NCBI GenBank assembly: GCA_963781935.1
Contig: CAWAHX010000006.1
Coordinates: 4,481-68,480 of the forward strand
Direction: 5' to 3'
Origin: an uncultured Solirubrobacteraceae bacterium
GTDB lineage: Bacteria > Actinomycetota > Thermoleophilia > Solirubrobacterales > Solirubrobacteraceae
DNA: 64,000 bases
Shown here: positions 57,579 through 64,000 of the stretch, piece by piece
Numbering within the stretch: position 1 is the first letter of the stretch
How the letters are laid out: each line of letters starts with the position of its first letter
Translations under genes and position numbers: made by a program
The notes under the pieces: generated by a model
Told to the model about the DNA's origin: nothing
Databases searched by the model: none
Seen by the model: only the letters and a program-made list of their open reading frames with translations

Positions 57579-58747
57579 AGGTCGCCGTCGTCGCCGAGTT
57601 CTACCCGCGTGCCGGCGACCCCGTCCTCGGGATCTGGGCGCACGAGCAGGCACGGGCGGCGCGGGCGGCCGGCGCGGACGTGCGCGTCATCGTCCTGCAC
57701 CGCATCGTCCCGCCCGCCGCGACTGCGCGGCGCGACCTGGCGGGCGCCGCCGTGCGCCTCGCGCGCCAGCCGCGCCGCGCCGTCCTGGACGGCGTCCCCG
57801 TCGAGTACGTCCGCTACGTCTCCCCGCCGAAGGGTCGTTCGTACGCCTCCTGGGGCTCATGGGCCGCGCCGGCGCTCACGCTTGCGCTGCGCCGGCTGCG
57901 GCGGCACTTCGCGTTCGAGGTCGTCCACGCGCACAACGCGGTTCCCGCCGCCGACGCGGTCCTGCGCGCACGCGCCGGCGCACCGCTGGTGATCTCCGAA
58001 CACGGTGCCGACGTCTTCCACACCGCGATTCGGCACCCCACGGGCCGGCGCGCGATCGAACGGGCATTCGGCGAGGCGCGCCTCGTGCTGGCCAACAGCG
58101 GAGGGATCGAGCGCGCCGCGCGGGAGCTGGGCGCCCGCAACACGCGCATCGTGCATCTCGGCACCGACCTGCCGGCGGCGCCGCTGCACCATCCGCTGCA
58201 CGCCACGCTGGTCACCGTCGCCCACCTGGTCCCGCGCAAGCGTCATGCCGACGTCATCCGCGCGCTCTGGGTGCTGCGCGAGCGCCACCCGGATCTGCGC
58301 TACGTCGTGATCGGCGACGGTCCGCAGCGCGAGCCGCTGGAGCACCTCGCGGCGACGCTCGGGCTGCAGGACCGCGTGACCTTCACCGGCCAGCTGCCGC
58401 ATGCCGAGGCGCTCGAGCAGGCCCGCGCCTGCTCGCTGTTCGTCATGCCGAGCGTGGACGAGGCGTTCGGCGTCGCGTACGTCGAGGCGATGGCCGGATG
58501 CCTGCCGGCGATCGGCGCTCTCGGCGAGCCGGGCCCGGCCGAGATCACGCGCCTGGGGGACGGTCTGCGCCTCGTGCCGCCGGGCGACGTCGGCATGCTC
58601 GCCGAGGCGATCGACGTGCTCACCGCCGACCCGCGCTTCCTCGACGAGCTCGGACGGCGCGCACGGGCGACCGTCGAGCGCTCGTTCACCTGGGAGGCGT
58701 GCGGGCGGGCGACGGTCGCCGCCTACGAGGAGGCGCTGCGGCGGTGA
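57575..58747 (+). CDS. GT4-family glycosyltransferase
   Basis: MKVAVVAEFYPRAGDPVLGIW...VVHAHNAVPAA...LVTVAHLVPRKRH...VMPSVDEAFGVAYVEAMAGCLPAIG. The GTG overlaps the upstream stop (GTGA). Confidence 0.8.
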   Translation: MKVAVVAEFYPRAGDPVLGIWAHEQARAARAAGADVRVIVLHRIVPPAATARRDLAGAAVRLARQPRRAVLDGVPVEYVRYVSPPKGRSYASWGSWAAPALTLALRRLRRHFAFEVVHAHNAVPAADAVLRARAGAPLVISEHGADVFHTAIRHPTGRRAIERAFGEARLVLANSGGIERAARELGARNTRIVHLGTDLPAAPLHHPLHATLVTVAHLVPRKRHADVIRALWVLRERHPDLRYVVIGDGPQREPLEHLAATLGLQDRVTFTGQLPHAEALEQARACSLFVMPSVDEAFGVAYVEAMAGCLPAIGALGEPGPAEITRLGDGLRLVPPGDVGMLAEAIDVLTADPRFLDELGRRARATVERSFTWEACGRATVAAYEEALRR

Positions 58748-59828
58748 GCGACCGGCCCGTCCTGTTCGTCACGAACCACGTCCCGCCGGACCGCGTCGGC
58801 GCATTCCAGGCGCTGCACGAGGCCGAGGGCATCGAGCTCGCGCTGTTCGGCGGACGCCTGCATCACGCGACCGCGGGCGTGCGGGACCCCGGCGTGCCCC
58901 ACTCGCCACATCACGCCAGCGCGAAGCCCATTCGCTGGCGGCGAGCGGCCGGCACCGGGCGGTGATCGCCTCGAGCGCGGGGCGCGTCGCGCTGCCGGCG
59001 ACGTACGCGGGCGCGCGCCGCGCACACGTGCCGTTCGTCTACTGGACCGGCATCTGGGCGCAGATCCGCACACCCGCGCACATCGCCGCGATCCCGATGG
59101 TGCGCACGATCGAGCGTCGCGCCGACGCCGTCGTCACCTACGGCACGCACGTCAGCGACTACGTGACGAGCCATGGCGCCCGCAACGTGCACGTCGCGCC
59201 GCAGGCGGTCGACAACGACTTCTGGAGTGCACCGGCCGACGCGCTCGCCGCGCGTGAGGCGTGTCGTACCGACGGCTTCCTGGCGCTCTACGCGGGGCGC
59301 CCGGAGCCCGCCGGCAAGGGGCTCGCGGTGCTGCTCGAGGCGTGGCGGCACGAGCGACCTCGCCGCCGCCGGCGGCCGTCTCGCCCTGGCGGGCGTGCCG
59401 CCCGGTGCGTGCACCGCGCAGCCGGGCGTCATCGCCCTCGGGAGCCTCGACCCCCCACAACTGCGCAACTTGTACGCCGCCGCCGACGTTCTCGTGGTGC
59501 CGTCGATACCGACGGCCGACTTCCGCGAGCCGTGGGGACTCGTCGTCAACGAGGCCATGAACCAGCGCACACCGATCATCGCCACCGACGCCGTCGGCGC
59601 CGCCGCCGGCGGCCTGGTGCGCGACCGCGTCACCGGACTGGTCGTGCCCGCCGGCGACGTTCCGGCGCTGGCGACGGCCCTGTGCGAGCTGCACGCGGAC
59701 TCCGGCGCTGGCCTCGCGCCTGGGCGATGCCGGCGCTCACGCGGTCGCGCCGCGCGACCTATGCGGCCTGGGCGCAGGGCTTTTCGCGAGCGCTGGCAAC
59801 CGTCTCGGCAAGCCGGGGCTCCTGCTAG
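58744..59828 (+). pseudogene. GT4-family glycosyltransferase; at least 3 frame breaks (~58905, ~59355, ~59710)
   Basis: VSDRPVLFVTNHVPPDRVGAFQAL, then AVIASSAGRVALPATYAGARRAHVPFVYWTG...ADAVVTYGTHVSDYV...FLALYAGRPEPAGKGLAVLLEAW, then VLVVPSIPTADFREPWGLVVNEAMNQRTPIIATD, then YAAWAQGFSRALATV followed by stop 59828. GTG 58744 overlaps the upstream stop. Confidence 0.55.
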
Positions 59829-59829
59829 C

Positions 59830-60423
59830 GTGCCGCGAGTGCCGACAGCCCTGCTGCGCCGCGCACTCGTGGCCACGGCGATGCTGCTGTTCCTGCTCGT
59901 CCCCGCCGCTGCGCACGCGAACTACAAAGATCTCCTCAAGGACGCCTGCCGTGACCAGAAGGTCAACGGCACGTACAGCCAGAAGGACTATCGCGACGCG
60001 CTGGACAACCTGCCGGCGGACGCGGACCAGTACACGGACTGCCGCGCGGTCCTGCGTGCGGCGCAGCTGGCGGCCGCCGGCGCGCAGGGATCGTCCGGTG
60101 GTGGCGGTGGTGGCGGCGGCGGGTCCAGCCAGCCGAGCTCCGTGCCCGCCGCCGGCGGCGATCCGCTCGCGACCGCGACGCCGGCCGAGAAGGCCGCGGT
60201 CGCGACGGCCACCAAGCAGGCCGCGCAGACCAGCCACGGCCCCGTCGAGGTCGGCGGCGTGCGGATCGAGCCGAGCGCGCTCGGAGCCGGGCGACCCGTG
60301 GCGGCATCGATCTCCGATCTCCCCGCCCCGCTGCTCGCCGCGCTCGGCCTGCTCGCGCTCGCCGTGCTCGCCGCCATCGCCCTCGTCGTGATACCGCGTG
60401 TCCGCGCCCGTCGCGATACCTGA
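59830..60423 (+). CDS. Small exported protein: signal peptide, Cys pair, Gly9 run, Ala/Ser/Pro/Thr-rich linker, C-terminal TM anchor
   Basis: ALLRRALVATAMLLFLLVPAAAHA (signal-like), ...ACRDQKV...DCRAVL..., SSGGGGGGGGGSSQPSSVPAAGGDPLATATPAEKAAVATATKQAAQTS, ...LLAALGLLALAVLAAIALVVIPRVRARR. The start may be GTG 59839, with TAGCGT 7 nt upstream. Confidence 0.5.
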   Translation: MPRVPTALLRRALVATAMLLFLLVPAAAHANYKDLLKDACRDQKVNGTYSQKDYRDALDNLPADADQYTDCRAVLRAAQLAAAGAQGSSGGGGGGGGGSSQPSSVPAAGGDPLATATPAEKAAVATATKQAAQTSHGPVEVGGVRIEPSALGAGRPVAASISDLPAPLLAALGLLALAVLAAIALVVIPRVRARRDT

Positions 60424-62542
60424 TCTGGCGCCGGCCGGCGCCTTCCACGGCGGCGATGTCGCGGGGCCCGCGCCCCGCGGCTCGCGCCTGGCGCTGGTCA
60501 CCGGGCCGCTGCTGACGCTCGCCTTCGCCGGCGCGCTCATCGCCGTCGCGCTCAGCGCGGGCGGCGGCCTGCAGCTGCAGCCGCTGACGAGGACGATGAT
60601 CGCGATCGACCTCGCGGCCGGCGCGCTGTGCGTGGCAGCGATCCTCGTGGGGCGACCGGTACGCAAGGCGTGGGGCTCCGGGACGCTGACACTGTTCGCG
60701 GCGTTCGCGGTGCTCACCGGCCTGTCGATCACCTGGGCGATCCAGCCCTCGGGCGCCTGGGTGGAGGCGAACCGCACGCTCTCGGCGTTCGCCGCGATGG
60801 CCGGCGGTGTCGCGCTCGTGCGCCTCGCACCGGGCCGCTGGCGATCGCTGATCGGCGGCGTCCTGATCGCCACGGTCGTGATCAGCGCCTACGCGCTGCT
60901 GACCAAGGTCTTCCCCAAGGAGCTCGCCCCGGACGAGACGTACGCCCGCCTGCGCGAGCCGTTCGGATACTGGAACACGGTCGGCCTGATCGCCGCGCTC
61001 GGCGTTCCTCCGGCGATCTGGCTGGGCGCGCGCCGCGACGGCCATGCCGGCCTGGCGGCGCTCGCCTACCCGGCGCTCGGGGTGCTGATCACCGCCATCC
61101 TGCTCGCGTACTCGCGCGGCTCGCTGCTCGCCGCCGGCCTCGGAATGGCGGTCTGGTTCGCCGTCGTGCCCCTGCGCCTGCGCGGCGCGACCGTCCTGAT
61201 CCCGAGTCTCCTGCTGTCGCTGATCGGGGGCTACTGGGCGTTCCACCAGGACGGGCTGAGCAAGGATCAGGCCGCCATCGCGCTGCGCGTGAACGCCGGG
61301 CAGGAGCTCGGCGTCCTGCTGGTCGTCCTGATCGTCGTGCTGGCGATCGTCGGCCTGCTCGCAAGCTTCCTGCGCGACCGGCGCGTCTGGCCCGAGCGCA
61401 CGCGCCGCGCCTGGGGCATCGCGTTGATCGTCGCACTCGCGCTGTGCCCCGTCATCCTCGCCGGCGCGCTCGCCACGACCGACCGCGGCCTGAGCGGGAG
61501 CGTCTCGCACGCCTGGACGTCGCTGACGGACCCGAATGCCAACACACCCGCGAACGACCCGAGCAGACTCACGGCGATCGGCAGCGTCCGCTCGCGCTAC
61601 TGGCGCGACGCGATCGCGGTGTTCAAGGCGCGTCCGGTGGTCGGTGTCGGCGCGGGCGGCTACGCCACCGCGCGCCTGCGCTTCCGCAAGGACGACCTCG
61701 ATGTCCTGCATGCGCACGGCTACCTCGTGCAGACCGCGGCCGACCTCGGCATCGCCGGACTCGCGCTGACGCTCGCCCTGCTCGCCGCGTTCCTCGCGGC
61801 CGCGATCCGCACCACCGGGCCGTGGCGCGGCCCGCAGGCGCGGCCGCCGACGGCGGAACGGGCCGGGCTGCTGACGCTCCTGTGCGTGGTCGTCGTCTTC
61901 GGCATCCACTCGCTGGTCGACTGGACGTGGTTCGTACCCGGGCCGCTGACACTGGCCCTGCTGTGCGCCGGCTGGCTCGCCGGACGCGGACCGTCGCTGG
62001 AAGTTCCGTCGCCTGATGGCGGCGCACGAGCGCGGCTGCACGAGCGCGTGCGGTCGCCTGCCCGCGTCATCACCTGCGTCCTGGTGGTCGCCGTCGCGAT
62101 CACCGCGGCGTACTCGGCGATGGGGCCCCAGCGGGCGGTCGACCAGATCGACGAGGCGCTCGTCGCGCTCGCAGACGGCAACACGGCCAAGGCGCGCACG
62201 CTCGCCCAGGAGGCGCGCGACACGAACCCGCTCTCCATCGATCCACTCTTCACGCTCGCGACGATCGAGAACGCCGCCGGCCGCAACCCCGCGGCGCTCA
62301 CGGCGATCCAGAGCGCCGTCAAGCTGCAGCCGGCGAACGCGGACACGTGGGTCCGGCTGGCACAGCTGGAGCTCGGCCCGGAGAACGACCCGCAGGCCGC
62401 GCTGCGCGACATCGGCCCGGCGCTGTTCCTGGACCCGCGCTCGTTGACGGCGCAGGCGACGTTCCTCGCCGCCTACCGCCAGCAGGCCGCGGTGCAGGCC
62501 AAGAGGGCGAAGACCAAGGCGAAGGCCAAGAGCTCGAAGTAG
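60398..62542 (+). CDS. Wzy_C-domain membrane protein (O-antigen ligase / polymerase / O-oligosaccharyltransferase family) with C-terminal TPR repeats
   Basis: About 12 TM spans. The Wzy_C signature region is LLAYSRGSLLAAGLGMAVWF...AHGYLVQTAADLGIAGL. The C-terminus has TPR-like repeats: NTAKARTLAQEARDTNPLSIDPLFTLATIENAAGRNPAALTAIQSAVKLQPANADTWVRLAQLEL. Confidence 0.75.
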   Translation: MSAPVAIPDLAPAGAFHGGDVAGPAPRGSRLALVTGPLLTLAFAGALIAVALSAGGGLQLQPLTRTMIAIDLAAGALCVAAILVGRPVRKAWGSGTLTLFAAFAVLTGLSITWAIQPSGAWVEANRTLSAFAAMAGGVALVRLAPGRWRSLIGGVLIATVVISAYALLTKVFPKELAPDETYARLREPFGYWNTVGLIAALGVPPAIWLGARRDGHAGLAALAYPALGVLITAILLAYSRGSLLAAGLGMAVWFAVVPLRLRGATVLIPSLLLSLIGGYWAFHQDGLSKDQAAIALRVNAGQELGVLLVVLIVVLAIVGLLASFLRDRRVWPERTRRAWGIALIVALALCPVILAGALATTDRGLSGSVSHAWTSLTDPNANTPANDPSRLTAIGSVRSRYWRDAIAVFKARPVVGVGAGGYATARLRFRKDDLDVLHAHGYLVQTAADLGIAGLALTLALLAAFLAAAIRTTGPWRGPQARPPTAERAGLLTLLCVVVVFGIHSLVDWTWFVPGPLTLALLCAGWLAGRGPSLEVPSPDGGARARLHERVRSPARVITCVLVVAVAITAAYSAMGPQRAVDQIDEALVALADGNTAKARTLAQEARDTNPLSIDPLFTLATIENAAGRNPAALTAIQSAVKLQPANADTWVRLAQLELGPENDPQAALRDIGPALFLDPRSLTAQATFLAAYRQQAAVQAKRAKTKAKAKSSK

Positions 62543-62551
62543 CTGGCCGCC

Positions 62552-63160
62552 TCAGCGCGCGACGGCCTGCAGCGCCCGGCGAGCCGGCGGCAGGCCCCCG
62601 GCCGCGCGCACGACGACGTCCGCGAACCCGGCGTCGGTCAGAACGCCGCGCAGGGTGCGCGCGGTGAAGAAGCGCAGGTGGTCGCCGCGCGGATCGAGCC
62701 GACGCTCCAGCGGCGCGCCCCTGAGCGCCTCGGCGGCGAGCGTCAGGCGTGCCTGGTTGGGCGTCGTCACGAGCGCCGTGCCGCCCCACCGCAGGACGCG
62801 CCGGATCTCCGCCAGCAGCCCCACCACGTCGGCGACGTGCTCCAGCGTCTCGCCCGCCCAGACGACGTCGAAGGCATCCTCCTCGAACGGCAGGGGCGCA
62901 CCTTCGACGAGCTTCTGGATGCGAGCCTCCGGGGCGCGCGCCGCCGCCCGGCGACACGCCTCGGCGGCGACGTCCGCCGCTACGACGTCTGCGCCCGCGG
63001 CGGTCAGGGCGGCGGCGAACGCTCCGTCGCCGCAACCCAGGTCCAGGACGCGGTCGCCGGCGGAGACATGGCCGAGCAGGAAGTCCCGGCGCTCGGCGAA
63101 GCGCTCGGGCCGGGCGTCGTCCGGGACGCCGGCCCAGACCGCCTCGCGCCAGTCGTCCAC
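62552..63160 (-). CDS. Class I SAM-dependent methyltransferase
   Basis: RVLDLGCGDGAFAAALTAAGADVVAADV...FDVVWAGETLEHVADV...LRWGGTALVTTP. Confidence 0.75.
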   Translation of the reverse strand: MDDWREAVWAGVPDDARPERFAERRDFLLGHVSAGDRVLDLGCGDGAFAAALTAAGADVVAADVAAEACRRAAARAPEARIQKLVEGAPLPFEEDAFDVVWAGETLEHVADVVGLLAEIRRVLRWGGTALVTTPNQARLTLAAEALRGAPLERRLDPRGDHLRFFTARTLRGVLTDAGFADVVVRAAGGLPPARRALQAVAR

Positions 63161-63170
63161 CGGCGCGCGG

Positions 63171-64000
63171 CTAGAAGGCGCCGCGGCCTCGCAGGACCGC
63201 GGGGATCGTCTTCACGAGGATCGAGAGGTCGAGCGAGACCGACCAGTGCTCGAGGTACAGGAAGTCCAGGCGCACCAGATCGTCGAAGTCGAGCTCCGAG
63301 CGGCCGGAGACCTGCCACAGGCCCGTGATCCCGGGCAGCACGAGGTAGCGCTTGCGGTGCCAGTCCTCGAGCTGCTCGTAGTCGCGCTGGGGCAGCGGCC
63401 GCGGTCCGACGAGCGACATGTCGCCGCGCAGGACGTTCCACAGCTGCGGCAGCTCGTCGAGCGAGAACCGGCGCAGCAGACGGCCCACCGCCGTCACGCG
63501 CGGATCGTCGCGGATCTTGAACAGCGCGCCGTCGGCCTCGTTGAGGATCTCCAGCTCGTCCTGGCGCTCGTCGGCGTCGGTGAACATCGTGCGGAACTTC
63601 ATGCACGGGAACGGCTCCCCGCCGATCCCGGGCCGCCACGAGCGATAGATCAGCCCCCCGCGCGAGGTGGTCGCGACGGCGATCGCGCAGGCGGCCAGCA
63701 GCGGGCTCAGCACCAGCAGGAGCAGCCCGGAGCCCAGCACGTCGAACGTCCGCTTGACGGCGAAGTCCAGGCCCTCGAACTGCGGTGAGCGAAGCTCGAA
63801 GAGCGGCACGGCCTCGCCGGGAACGAAGTCGGCGCGATGGATCAGGACCTCCATCGTCGACGGGGCGACGCGCACCCGAACGCCACGCTGATGACAGGTG
63901 TCGACGAGATCGACGGCCTGGCGCTGGGGGAAGGCGGGGTCGGCGATGATGACCTCGTCGATGCCCTCGCGCTCGATGACCTCGGGCAGATCGTCCAGTG
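63171..64000 (-). CDS. Polyprenyl-phosphate glycosyl-1-phosphate transferase (WbaP/exopolysaccharide initiating sugar transferase), 3' part; gene continues past the right window edge
   Basis: KRTFDVLGSGLLLLVLSPLL...GGEPFPCMKFRTM...DPRVTAVGRLLRRFSLDELPQLWNVLRGDMSLVGPRP...PGITGLWQVSGRS. The upstream frame stays open to position 64000 (IDEVIIADPA...). Confidence 0.85.
   Translation of the reverse strand, partial: LDDLPEVIEREGIDEVIIADPAFPQRQAVDLVDTCHQRGVRVRVAPSTMEVLIHRADFVPGEAVPLFELRSPQFEGLDFAVKRTFDVLGSGLLLLVLSPLLAACAIAVATTSRGGLIYRSWRPGIGGEPFPCMKFRTMFTDADERQDELEILNEADGALFKIRDDPRVTAVGRLLRRFSLDELPQLWNVLRGDMSLVGPRPLPQRDYEQLEDWHRKRYLVLPGITGLWQVSGRSELDFDDLVRLDFLYLEHWSVSLDLSILVKTIPAVLRGRGAF

Noticed and set aside
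60097-60123. The G-rich run GGTGGTGGCGGTGGTGGCGGCGGCGGG as a slippage-prone simple repeat, phase-variation switch or G-quadruplex.
   Set aside because: It is an in-frame Gly9 coding stretch. The GGT/GGC/GGG mix is imperfect, so it is not a pure tract, and there is no evidence of length variation within the window.

Overview
This is a high-G+C window (about 70% by eye, with actinobacterial-type codon usage). Almost all of it is one very large cell-envelope glycan biosynthesis island. I can support about 58 genes.

**Gene content**
- About 20 GT-A/GT-B glycosyltransferase domains (GT2, GT4, GT26) and an initiating polyprenyl-phosphate sugar-phosphate transferase.
- 9-10 SAM-methyltransferase domains, two of them FkbM-type.
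- Sugar-nucleotide enzymes: two GDP-mannose 4,6-dehydratase paralogues, five SDR epimerase/dehydratases, an RmlC-like cupin, a DegT aminotransferase, a nucleotide-sugar dehydrogenase, LbH and GNAT acyltransferases, and a split transketolase.
- Both export routes: a Wzm/Wzt ABC transporter, and a Wzx-like flippase with a Wzy_C/O-antigen-ligase-like protein.
- Three large polytopic membrane proteins.
- Two passengers unrelated to glycan synthesis: heme A synthase and a Rox-like FAD monooxygenase.
- I saw no rRNA, tRNA, CRISPR array, transposase or phage genes.

**Main observations**
1. The canonical gmd gene is split by a complete 349-aa LAGLIDADG intein in the NHE|SPRRG loop. A 72-nt patch of abnormally low G+C lies just upstream of the insertion. 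An intein-free paralogue with the empty site lies 8 kb away.
2. A TANNNT box sits 6-11 nt upstream of 24 start codons, with no Shine-Dalgarno sequence. This implies leaderless or near-leaderless expression. At four junctions the TAG stop of the upstream gene is part of the box.
3. A 1335-aa fusion protein (methyltransferase, coiled coil, GT2, GT4, WcbI-like) is divergent from a Wzt that carries a C-terminal binding domain.
4. A 520-bp convergent intergenic region is filled with nested inverted and direct repeats. Their 11-bp hairpin stems differ in sequence but stay complementary.
5. A 19-bp palindrome that resembles the rifamycin-associated element lies upstream of the Rox-like gene.
6. About 40 reading-frame breaks are concentrated in about 17 genes, while other ORFs of 1.5-4 kb are intact. 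This is either gene decay or locally poor consensus sequence.

Many long ORFs in the supplied track are GC-rich shadow frames and are not called.
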